DNA of 63,946 nt, counting the filler, from Acetivibrio sp. (GTDB lineage: Bacteria; Bacillota; Clostridia; Acetivibrionales; Acetivibrionaceae): the NCBI RefSeq assembly GCF_035371925.1. It is 4 parts of 4 records of this genome, joined end to end, with 100 filler letters (N's around TTAATTAATTAA, not from the genome) between each part and the next. Parts side by side here need not be neighbours in the genome. Positions count along the whole stretch, not along the records: positions 45,065 to 62,186 come from NZ_DAORXT010000059.1; 3 more parts are not named here. The stretch is one strand, 5' to 3'. The translations under genes and the position numbers were made by a program. Positions 48,221 to 57,812 of this stretch are shown here, piece after piece; the stretch's first letter is position 1; the number at the start of each line of letters is the position of its first letter. Below the pieces are notes generated by a model. The model made no database searches. It was given only the letters and a program-made list of their open reading frames with translations, and was not told where the DNA came from.

Positions 48221-48649
48221 AGTCTTCTCCCCCAGTTGCCGTATTCTTTGATATGACTTGCAAATTGCTTTTCTTGAGCTCTATCTTAGATATTGTTGAC
48301 ATCTTACAGGTTCAACATAATCGTTTCACCTTTATCTTGCATTAAATCATGTGTTTAGTCTAAATATAATATTATTTATTTCCACAATATGAATCTTTTA
48401 GTTGATTCTAATTTACCATAATATTGAACAAAAAACAATATATTTATTTAAACAATTAAAAAATGAGGGTTCAAACCCTCAAAAATAAAAAAGATACATA
48501 TGTATTATGTAATGGTATATTTTTGATTTGTAATTGTACTCATATTTCTACTCGTTAAGTACAGCATTACTTTCATCCGATTATTTTTTGATAATAAATT
48601 TATTCTTAATCTATGCAAAGGACAATTCTCTATTTCAGATTTTTAACTA

Positions 48650-50029
48650 TCACTCATTTAAAAATAAGGTAACCTTTTGCTGTACCAACTTTGCCGCGTC
48701 TCTAGCAGACATATTGCCTTTTTTATACTCGTTAAATCCTTCAATCATAAAATCAATTATTTGCTCATCAACCAGCACACATTCGGTTACTCCGTTTATT
48801 ATTGAATTGTATTCCGCCTCTACAGACTCCGGTAACGGTACGGTATCCATAGTTTCGCTAATGGCGGTTCCAACAGGAAGCGTTGTTTTTCCCTCTTCTG
48901 TCGAATATTTCTCAACAAGTTCTTTTATCGCTTCATTATTAACTGGTATTCCCATCAAATTGCGAAATTGTTGCGAACTTTGGATTTCTTTTGACAAGAA
49001 AGCCTTCAACACCTCATATGCAGTCATTTTATTCTTACTGTTTTTGTTTATCGCTACTATATCTGTGGGATGTGCCACTATTTTCATAGAGTCCCTAAAT
49101 GCAGGGAGTTTTGAGAGTCTTATGCTGTCCGGATTAAAGTAGTAATTTATGTGTGAATTGCGATACCATAATTCCCAAGGATTTATTGGATATTCAGTAC
49201 TGCTTATAAGCGTAATTTTTCCGTTCTTTAATGCTTCAAACTCCATTCCCGAATATTCTCTAATAAGCTCTTCATTGCAAATGCCCGCTCTTTCAACTTG
49301 ACCGGTAAATTCCAAAAGCTTAGCAAACTCATCACTGTCAAAGCTTGCCTGCTTTTTGTCATAGTCAACAAATTCTCTCCAGTTTGCATACATAATATTT
49401 CTGATAAACCCATCGCCGTAACCAAATAGGTATTTATCGGAATTTTCTTTTTTAAATCGAACTGCAAAATCAGCCATATCTTTCAATGTCCAGTTTGTTA
49501 TTTTATTTTCTATATTATTTTTCTCAAGGATGGAATTGGCCGTCCAAAGAATCGGTACATCATAGGCTATGGGAATAAAGTATCTTTTGCCGTTTATGAC
49601 ACCGCTGTTTAAAACAGTCTCATTATACTCTGACAGATTCATTTCTTCATCCTTTGATATGTATGGTTCCAAGTCACATAAAGCTCCTGATTCCACCAAC
49701 TTCCTCATGGTTTCTATCGTAATCGATCCCTTTTTAGTCGACGGGCTTAAAACAATAACATCGGGGCCTTCTCCCGCCATCAATTCAGTTAAAAGTCTGT
49801 TCTTGAATTCGTCAGCGTTATTGAACGAAACCACTTCAAACTCCACATTCGGATACTTGCTTCTTATTACACTTCTTACCTCTGGCTGAATATTGTCGCC
49901 AGGTGCCGCATACATCACTATTTTACCGCCTATGACATCTTGTGTGCCATCTTGGTTCTCAGAACAGGACGTTGACAATAAAATGCTCAAAACAAGCAAG
50001 CCTAACACAGCAATTTTAAATTTTTTCAT
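48650..50029 (-). CDS. Extracellular solute-binding lipoprotein (SBP_bac_1-like)
   Basis: Lipobox LSTSC, ELMAGEGPDVI, G.RYFIP. Confidence 0.85.
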   Translation of the reverse strand: MKKFKIAVLGLLVLSILLSTSCSENQDGTQDVIGGKIVMYAAPGDNIQPEVRSVIRSKYPNVEFEVVSFNNADEFKNRLLTELMAGEGPDVIVLSPSTKKGSITIETMRKLVESGALCDLEPYISKDEEMNLSEYNETVLNSGVINGKRYFIPIAYDVPILWTANSILEKNNIENKITNWTLKDMADFAVRFKKENSDKYLFGYGDGFIRNIMYANWREFVDYDKKQASFDSDEFAKLLEFTGQVERAGICNEELIREYSGMEFEALKNGKITLISSTEYPINPWELWYRNSHINYYFNPDSIRLSKLPAFRDSMKIVAHPTDIVAINKNSKNKMTAYEVLKAFLSKEIQSSQQFRNLMGIPVNNEAIKELVEKYSTEEGKTTLPVGTAISETMDTVPLPESVEAEYNSIINGVTECVLVDEQIIDFMIEGFNEYKKGNMSARDAAKLVQQKVTLFLNE

Positions 50030-50276
50030 ACATTTTCCCCCTGATTGCTTTTATATAGTCCCACATTTGATAATTTTTATATAAATATTATAACATACTT
50101 GAATCTTTGGCAGTATATTACTTACGAAATAAAAGCTCGGGACATCGAGTCCCTTTGCTTTTGCCTCTTTCATTTCATTCCAAGAGGCCAAATAAAAAAA
50201 CATGGGAAAGCCCAAATTGGACTTCGCCCATGTTTATGAACTTCAAACTCTATATTATTAATGTATATTTTAAAGC

Positions 50277-51479
50277 TTACTTCACAATTTCAATATTGCC
50301 GCTGGTCGTTTCTGCAACAATGTTTACCTTGTTTGCATACTCATCATATCCGTTGCTGTCTGCCTCTACGAAATTGGAAGCCATCTGCTTGCTTATATTG
50401 CGGTAGGTCATTTCAGGAATAAGAATGTTAATCTCCGCATTGGTGGTCTGAGCCTTGACTTTGTATCCTCTCTTTTCCATATCGTTCATATTAACCTTGA
50501 TACCCGCAGATGATGTCTTCAAATTCATATTTATATTCGGGTCGTCATTGTGATTATGGACATTTTCAACAAATATTCTTCCGTTTTTCGTAGAAGCATT
50601 GAGGTTGCTGGTCTTCAAATGCCTAATCTCTATCACGGAGTTGATGGCATCAACATTAATGTCCTTGCCTATGATATAACCGAAATTAATCCGGCCGTTT
50701 TTGGTGGAAACATTAATTTTATCGCCGGTAACACCCATCAAATCAACATTACTGTTGCTGGTAACCGCTTCGAAATTCTCAGCTGTTGAATCCTCCACAT
50801 ATATTTTGCCGTTTTTGGTAACTAAATTTATGTTTTTAAACTTCACGGCCGGGAGGAATATTTCATGAGATACACTGATGTTGCCGATTTTATTGCATTT
50901 TAAAGCTATCTTGTTTTCTTCCTTACTAAAATCGAAGATTTCATCGGCATTATCAACCGGGCTTTTTACTGTGGTTCTTATTATAACTTTATTATCCATA
51001 TGCTTTTTAACAAGAATGTGCCCGTTAATTGCTTCAACACTAAGCTCGGTGTCTTCATTTACATCAGCTGTTTCAAAAACTCTGTTGGTCGCTTTGTATT
51101 TTCCAAACACATTAAAAGAATTTGTTTCCACAAAACTGCTTACAAAATCCACAAGTTTGTCAGCCACACCTATAGTTGTATAAGCAAGGTTTTTGCCCAG
51201 CTTTTCCACCTTGGTGCTGAATTCATCCACTGCCCTTTCAAAGTCCTTCTGGCTGTAATTCTTTTTAAATTCTTTCTTCCATTCATTAAGTTTATCCTTT
51301 ACTTTTGACACCTCATCAGAAAAATTAGCTCTCTTTTGCTGAGCCTTAAAACCGCTGCTGCTGTCTGTTGCGCCCTTATTAGGATCAATAGCCTCTAAAA
51401 GTCTTGCTGCTTCCTCACTTGAAATTTTTCCTTCTTCCAACATTTTAAGTATAAACATTCTTTCTTCACTAATTGACAT
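50277..51479 (-). CDS. SHOCT-like N-terminus + DUF4097 beta-repeat protein (YvlB/LiaX-like)
   Basis: EERMFILKMLEEGKISSEEAARLLEAI; repeated T.NG.I strands. Confidence 0.8.
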   Translation of the reverse strand: MSISEERMFILKMLEEGKISSEEAARLLEAIDPNKGATDSSSGFKAQQKRANFSDEVSKVKDKLNEWKKEFKKNYSQKDFERAVDEFSTKVEKLGKNLAYTTIGVADKLVDFVSSFVETNSFNVFGKYKATNRVFETADVNEDTELSVEAINGHILVKKHMDNKVIIRTTVKSPVDNADEIFDFSKEENKIALKCNKIGNISVSHEIFLPAVKFKNINLVTKNGKIYVEDSTAENFEAVTSNSNVDLMGVTGDKINVSTKNGRINFGYIIGKDINVDAINSVIEIRHLKTSNLNASTKNGRIFVENVHNHNDDPNINMNLKTSSAGIKVNMNDMEKRGYKVKAQTTNAEINILIPEMTYRNISKQMASNFVEADSNGYDEYANKVNIVAETTSGNIEIVK

Positions 51480-51610
51480 AATGCATACCGCCTCCTCTTC
51501 CTTATAAGCTGATATTTACAGCTTACAAACATTGATTTTCACCATTCTATCCAAACCTTGTATTTATCCGCAAAATTGAATTCAGTCTATATGTTAAATC
51601 TTCCGAGCTG

Positions 51611-51979
51611 TCAGCCTTTTAGCAAATCCAGTGCTTCATCAACAGATATTTCTCCTTCGTACAACTTATCAAGAATTTCTTTTCTATTTACTTCTTCAAC
51701 AGGCTCTTCTTCCGATTTGTAACCTAATGCATTTGCTACATCTTCAAGTTTATTTTTAACTGTGGGGTATGAAACTCCCAGTTCTTTTTCCACTTCTTTG
51801 ATGTTTCCTCTGCATTTTATAAACACATCTACAAACAGCTTTTGCTCCGGTGTCAGTCTGCAAAACTTGCACAGTTCGAAATGTCCCTCTATCGTTGTAT
51901 GGCATTTATCGCAGGTAATCCTTGTTATTGTTGTCTCGTTGTTGCAAACCGGGCATTTTCCAAGTGCTTCCCTACCCAT
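51611..51979 (-). CDS. DUF2089 family zinc-ribbon HTH protein
   Basis: CPVC, C..C, CRGNIKEVEKELGVSYPTVK, C-terminal SHOCT-like helix. Confidence 0.9.
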   Translation of the reverse strand: MGREALGKCPVCNNETTITRITCDKCHTTIEGHFELCKFCRLTPEQKLFVDVFIKCRGNIKEVEKELGVSYPTVKNKLEDVANALGYKSEEEPVEEVNRKEILDKLYEGEISVDEALDLLKG

Positions 51980-52281
51980 ATTATCACTCCTTATTTTATT
52001 GATGTGGAACCTGTTTGCTTTATCATCAATTTACCGCCCTATATTTATTATATTAATACATATATTTAGTATTGTCAATCTTTTAATAAATATTATTAAT
52101 ATTAGAATTAATTTTTTTAATCGGAGTTGTCCTTTATTTATTTTATTTAAATAATTGGTTGAGAAAATTTAATTGATTTTTTGAAATGGGGCTTTATTTT
52201 ATCAATAAAAATTATAGCACGTTATCAACTGTCAGAATCATTTATCCTTGATGTGCCGTTTTTATGAAGAAATGTACAATT

Positions 52282-52578
52282 CTACAAATGCCGGTTCAAT
52301 ATTATCTTTTCTTCTATACCATTATGATATACAAAATCTTTCCTATTGGGATATTTTCTTTCATCAAATTTTTGGTTCCTAAGCTCTGCTTTGTAGGTTT
52401 TCGCTCCAAGCACCAAATAAATCTCTTTTGACTGGCCTCTTGGCAGAAAACTGTTTAAAGTTTTTTCAAACACCACCTGTATAGTCACCGGAATGGTTAA
52501 TCCTTGATGAAGCAATGACCAGTCCACTTCTTTTTTATATACATAACAGTTATTATCAAACATACCTTCATTCCTCAT
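52282..52578 (-). pseudogene. Probable 5' remnant of an HNH/McrA-like nuclease gene
   Basis: YKKEVDWSLLH.G..IP...NQKFD..KYPN resembles N-termini I recall from clostridial HNH nucleases; no HNH domain follows. Confidence 0.4.
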
Positions 52579-52697
52579 ACTCTTTAACTGTTGCTTTTTC
52601 TACTTTTCTATTCGATAATCGTAAATATAAACCTGTTTTTAATTTGACATAAAATACACACTATAAAAGTGTGTACTTTATGTCAAATACTACTCTA

Positions 52698-54020
52698 TCA
52701 AGGTCCCGTACCGACGCTACTAATCCTCCATCCACTTTTTTCCGACTCTTTCTTCAATATTACAAATCGTGTCAAAACACCATTACCTTCTGCCATTGGC
52801 TCCTCGAACTCAAAATCAACACTAACCTCATATTCCAACACATCCGGTTCGTTGTACAATCCCTTAAATTCTTTTATCTCCAGCAATTTTGCCTTTTTAA
52901 TATTACTGTCAATCTTACTATCATTTTTATTGAAATGGTCTTGGCTGTCCATATCAATTGATTTCAATTGATTTTCTCTTTTGGTACATGCCCGTATCAT
53001 TTTCTCGTTACGCTCATCTATTGCCTTAAAGTATTCTCTTACAATATCCTCCGGATCCATTTTGGACAGCCTGATTTCCAATTCATCCTCAAAATCGATA
53101 TAATCTTCAATCCATACATTCCATTCCTTGCCGGAAACTTCTTTCAAGCTCTTTCTGTCAAGAGAACATGCCATAAAACCATACCTTCCGGCATCAATGT
53201 ATGCTCCAACGATTTCATTTTTGAATTTAACAACGATACCTCTGGCATCTGCTCTCGGCCTCATAAACTCGGGAAGCGGCTCTCTAAGCCTGTAAATCTC
53301 TACTGTCACATCTTTTCCGAGATACTCGGCAAAATCAAGGCCTATGCCTTTAGACAGTTCGTTGTTATAAGCCCAATATATTTCTACAGGATATTGGCCT
53401 GCTTTGTGTTTAAGATTGCCAGGCAATTTCTCTTTTAAAGTGTTTATTCGATAGTCGACAGTCCAGTCATACTTCCCAAATAGCTTAAGTACATCATTTT
53501 CAATATTCGTATCGGGATTTGCATACTCATTCAAATCCGCCATATACCTAAAGAAACTATAATCCGGCTCAAGATTTTTTCCCTCGTCCTCTAAATATCC
53601 TACTTCATAAAGGGGATCATACGCAAAAGTAATCTCCTTCTTATCGCCATTTGTTTTGGTAATAACCAGTTTATTGTTTTTGTAGGCCATTACACTTATC
53701 TTGCTTGTTATAAATTCGTCCTCAACCTGTTTGCTTTCCTCTATCATAGACATAATATCGTGTATCATTTTAGCGTCTGTGACAAATATGGGTTTTACTT
53801 CATTGGTGTAATATCCGTCAGGATCAAGAACAACTTCAATTGATGTAATATCTTTTGTACTGCCAAAAGTTTCGGGCTGCTCATCTCCAACCTGATTTAT
53901 CGGTGTGTTCTGAGGTGAAGTAATTGGACAGCTTGTATTTGAATTACAACCTGCCGAAAAAATTAATATCGCTGTCAATAGAAACATCAAACATCTTCTG
54001 TGCAATTTATACACCCCCAA
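52698..54020 (-). CDS. Lipoprotein with DUF4830/DUF4829-like domains (start may be TTG 54005)
   Basis: Lipobox FSAGC; C-terminal PEDIVREYFKAI...FVILKK...GW.I. Confidence 0.6.
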   Translation of the reverse strand: MGVYKLHRRCLMFLLTAILIFSAGCNSNTSCPITSPQNTPINQVGDEQPETFGSTKDITSIEVVLDPDGYYTNEVKPIFVTDAKMIHDIMSMIEESKQVEDEFITSKISVMAYKNNKLVITKTNGDKKEITFAYDPLYEVGYLEDEGKNLEPDYSFFRYMADLNEYANPDTNIENDVLKLFGKYDWTVDYRINTLKEKLPGNLKHKAGQYPVEIYWAYNNELSKGIGLDFAEYLGKDVTVEIYRLREPLPEFMRPRADARGIVVKFKNEIVGAYIDAGRYGFMACSLDRKSLKEVSGKEWNVWIEDYIDFEDELEIRLSKMDPEDIVREYFKAIDERNEKMIRACTKRENQLKSIDMDSQDHFNKNDSKIDSNIKKAKLLEIKEFKGLYNEPDVLEYEVSVDFEFEEPMAEGNGVLTRFVILKKESEKSGWRISSVGTGP

Positions 54021-54060
54021 ATTTCAAATGCCAGATATTAACACCACACTTCTAACAATC

Positions 54061-54705
54061 TCAAAGGTATTTACTCGCTTCTCTTACACTTAAAGAGTGC
54101 AATTTATTGTGGGCAATGAACTGCTTTACCCACTCTTTGTCTGTTTTTGAATACTCCCTGAGCGCCCAGCCAATGGCTTTGTTTATGAAAAACTCTCCTG
54201 TATCGCAATTTTTAAGTATCGCCCGGCTTAAAATGTCTGTGTCGGTCTTTTCTTTGTATTCCAACTGAAAATTGATGGCTATCCTCTTTAGCCATATGTT
54301 TTCACTGTCAATCCATTTGGGAATAACACTATCTTTTAATTCGGGATATTTAAGGCAAAGGTGTCCAACAATCGAGTCAATGCAGTCCACACTATCCCAC
54401 CACGAGTTTGTGATTATAAGCTTTTCAATTTTGTCTATATCATTGGAAACCAGCAAAGCTTTAACGGCGGTCAAATAATCCAGTGCCAAATAGTGAAACT
54501 CCCTTTCCGGCATATCGTAGCATTGGAATATAAACTGCCAGTCAACTTCCTTATCCTTTTTCTTTTGCTTTAAAAAATCCTTGGAGAGTTTAGCCCTTGT
54601 TGGCTTTGGTATGCCCAAAAAAGGAAACTTGTTTTTCATATATGCCGACATTTTTGCAGCATTTTCATCATCCCGTGCATCATAAAAAGTTTTAAATATG
54701 TCCAT
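54061..54705 (-). CDS. alkD: DNA alkylation repair protein, AlkD family
   Basis: MSAYMKNKFPFLGI, REFHY.A, WWDSVD, FFINKAIGWALREYSK. Confidence 0.9.
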   Translation of the reverse strand: MDIFKTFYDARDDENAAKMSAYMKNKFPFLGIPKPTRAKLSKDFLKQKKKDKEVDWQFIFQCYDMPEREFHYLALDYLTAVKALLVSNDIDKIEKLIITNSWWDSVDCIDSIVGHLCLKYPELKDSVIPKWIDSENIWLKRIAINFQLEYKEKTDTDILSRAILKNCDTGEFFINKAIGWALREYSKTDKEWVKQFIAHNKLHSLSVREASKYL

Positions 54706-55143
54706 GGTAGACCTACTTTCATTTCTTTTTTTATATTATTATACCAAAAAAAGTATTTAAAGGTGCAGACTAAATTATATTTATACAGTTCAAATCTCTC
54801 TAACCTGGCCTCTTAAAAATCCAATAGGCGAAATAATTCCCAACTTAAAAAACACATTCTTTCCGTATGTGTAATTAAAAAGGAGAAATGTACGTAAATA
54901 AAAACAATATTAAGGGAGGGGTGATACGTTTATTGTTATCATCTGTAAAATTGCAAGAGGCTAAAAAGAGTATATGAGTACTTTGTAAAAGGGGGAGGAT
55001 AATTGGAGGTTTTCACGCTATTGATTTGCGGTTATTCTGTAAACTGTTTCCGGATTTTAAAAGAGTTTGTAACAGAAAAGTCGTAGTTGCTCAGTGAAAG
55101 TTGAAAATACTGGGATGATTTGTGAAAAAGGAAGGGTAATAAA

Positions 55144-57555
55144 ATGAGGGATTTAAAGAAGTGGTGTATAATTTTCTTAACCGTCATGCTGGTGATAAGC
55201 GGCATATCTTTACCTAAAAGTTTTGCTGCAAACCAAGTTATGACCGTAGACTTGGCAGAAAATACAGGGGAAATCTGCTATGGTGCCATTGGCGGGCTTT
55301 ATGCAATGGGTAGTGAAGGCGTACCTTCAGATAACGTGATTGTTCCTTTAAGAATGAAAGCTATTTCGCAAAAGCCTCCTGAAGGCCTTCAACATCCTAC
55401 CGGTGATGCACTTAATGTTGCCCCACAGTTTTTGAGAGCCGGTGGAGAGTATGTTATGATAATGATGCAGGACATATACAGGAACTGGCCCTATGAAGAT
55501 CTTGGCATTAATGACTATCTTGCGAAAATTGAAACAATATGCAGAAAGGTTGTTGCAGATCCGTACCGCAGCAGCTATGTATATGTTCCGATTAATGAGC
55601 CTGAATGGATTTGGTACAAGGGAAATATGAATAGATTGTGTAATGAGTGGAAAATGATGTACGAAAAAATCCGCTCAATTGACCCCACAGCCAAGATTGC
55701 AGGACCTAACTATGCAGTATACAACAGCTCGGTTTACCGTCAATTTATGACTTTTTGCAAAAACAACAATTGTTTGCCGGATATAGTGACATGGCATGAA
55801 TTGGATGATGGATTCTTTTCAAACTGGTATAACCACTATAATGATTATAGGAACATTGAGAAAAGCCTCGGAATTTCTCCAAGACGTATAAACATAAACG
55901 AATATGGCAGAATCAACGTAGACGGAGGTATTCCCGGAAATCTTGTGCAGTGGATAGCGCGCTTTGAAAACAGCAAAGTGGATGCTTGTCTTGCATATTG
56001 GACAACAGCAGGAACCTTGAATGACCTTGTAACCCAGAACAACAAGGCAACCGGTGCATGGTGGCTGTATAAATGGTATGGAGAACTTACAGGACACACC
56101 GTGAAGGTAACTCCGCCAAGCTTGAACGGATCACTTCAGGGATTGGCCGCTCTGGATAAAGACAAAAAACAGGCCCGTGTTATTTTCGGCGGGTCATTAA
56201 GAAGCACTGACGTATTTGGTACCGATGTAGTAGTTAAAGGCTTCAATTCCAACTCATTCTTCGGAAACTCGGTTCATGTAACTGTTTGGGGAGTGGACAA
56301 TACCGGTACTAATCCTTCCAGTGGGCCATACTTGGTACATGAAGGCGACTACAACATTTCCAACGGACAGATTACAGTACCTGTCAATAATATGAAAGCG
56401 TTATCTGCATACCATATGATAATAACTCCTAATACAGACCTGTCACCTGCCAATAAAAGCAACCGTTATGAGGCGGAGTATGCGAGGATTTCGGGAACAG
56501 CAGCCGTTGTTCACGGTAAACATACCGGTTATTCCGGAACAGGCTTTGTTGAAGGATATGCCGGAAGCAATAATGCAAGCACCAATTTTGTAGTAACTGC
56601 TGAAAAAGACGGATACTACAATGTAACCTTGAGATATTCTGCAGGTCCTTACACAGGGGCACCCAAAACCAGATATTTAAGGATGGTTGTGAACGGCGGA
56701 CTTCATAAGGATATAGCTTGTATCCAGACTGCTGATTGGGATACATGGGCAAATGTTACTGCCAAGGTATTTCTGCAGGCAGGTATCAACCGTCTGGACT
56801 TCAAGGCTTTTACTTCGGATGAATCAGACTGCGTAAATATAGACTATATTGATATTGAAGCCACATCCGGCACCATTAACACTTATGAAGCTGAGGATTC
56901 TGCAAATACGCTGTCCGGAGCCGCTGTAAGACAAAGAGATAATGCTGCATCGGGCGGGCAATATGTAGGCTGGATTGGCAATGGGGCTAATAATTACCTC
57001 CAATTTAACAACGTTAATGTTCCAAAAGCAGGCACATACAGGATGGTGGTTCAATTTGCAAATGCTGAAGTATTTGGTAACCACTCATATAATAATAATG
57101 TGGTTGACAGGTATTCAAGCATTAGTGTAAACGGAGAACCTGCAAAAGGGCATTATTTCTTCAACACCCGTGGATGGAATACATATCGTACAGATATAAT
57201 AGACGTATATTTAAATGCCGGAAACAATACAATCAGATTCTATAACAGCTCATCGGGGTATGTACCGAATATTGATAAAATATCAATCGCTGCTCCTTTT
57301 GAAGGAGAAGTAGTACCGCCTCCTCCACAGGATGATTTTGTATATGGAGATGTAGATGGAAACGGCACAGTTAATTCAACAGACGCAACTTATATAAAAC
57401 GGTATTTGCTAAGGCAAATTAATGAGTTTCCCTATGAAAAAGCTTTAATTGCAGGAGATGTGGATGGAAACGGCTCTATTAATTCAACAGACTTATCTTA
57501 TTTGAAAAAGTATATATTAAAAATTATATCGGAATTTCCGGCAGAGTCTAAATAG
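55144..57555 (+). CDS. Cellulosomal GH39-like-CBM35-CBM35-dockerin I
   Basis: Signal peptide, NEPEW acid/base and INEY nucleophile, two YEAE modules, dockerin DVDGNGTVNSTD. Confidence 0.85.
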   Translation: MRDLKKWCIIFLTVMLVISGISLPKSFAANQVMTVDLAENTGEICYGAIGGLYAMGSEGVPSDNVIVPLRMKAISQKPPEGLQHPTGDALNVAPQFLRAGGEYVMIMMQDIYRNWPYEDLGINDYLAKIETICRKVVADPYRSSYVYVPINEPEWIWYKGNMNRLCNEWKMMYEKIRSIDPTAKIAGPNYAVYNSSVYRQFMTFCKNNNCLPDIVTWHELDDGFFSNWYNHYNDYRNIEKSLGISPRRININEYGRINVDGGIPGNLVQWIARFENSKVDACLAYWTTAGTLNDLVTQNNKATGAWWLYKWYGELTGHTVKVTPPSLNGSLQGLAALDKDKKQARVIFGGSLRSTDVFGTDVVVKGFNSNSFFGNSVHVTVWGVDNTGTNPSSGPYLVHEGDYNISNGQITVPVNNMKALSAYHMIITPNTDLSPANKSNRYEAEYARISGTAAVVHGKHTGYSGTGFVEGYAGSNNASTNFVVTAEKDGYYNVTLRYSAGPYTGAPKTRYLRMVVNGGLHKDIACIQTADWDTWANVTAKVFLQAGINRLDFKAFTSDESDCVNIDYIDIEATSGTINTYEAEDSANTLSGAAVRQRDNAASGGQYVGWIGNGANNYLQFNNVNVPKAGTYRMVVQFANAEVFGNHSYNNNVVDRYSSISVNGEPAKGHYFFNTRGWNTYRTDIIDVYLNAGNNTIRFYNSSSGYVPNIDKISIAAPFEGEVVPPPPQDDFVYGDVDGNGTVNSTDATYIKRYLLRQINEFPYEKALIAGDVDGNGSINSTDLSYLKKYILKIISEFPAESK

Positions 57556-57624
57556 ACCTGGGCCGGGCGAAAAACACCTGCTCATATAAGTAGCTAAAAA
57601 CTTTATAAGGATAAGTCACAAATC

Positions 57625-57668
57625 AAAACCCAGAACGAACTAATTAATAGAGTAGTTCTGGGTTTTTC
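57625..57668 (+). terminator. Intergenic stem-loop (terminator or mRNA-stabilising)
   Basis: AAAACCCAGAAC / GTTCTGGGTTTT. Confidence 0.7.
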
Positions 57669-57812
57669 TCAAATAATTATATGTTACATATATTGGACCG
57701 TATTTTGAAGAAGAGGAAAAAATGCGAGAATGTGACTTTTAAATGTGATTGAAGATAAAAAAGGGATTATAAACTTTAAATATAGAAAAAAGATAATAGG
57801 GAGGGATTAATT

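Noticed and set aside
48233..48345. Short ORFs upstream of the response regulator as a histidine-kinase remnant (DKGETIMLNL; 28-aa ORF overlapping the start)
   Set aside because: Too short, an in-frame stop lies just upstream, and the similarity could be chance.
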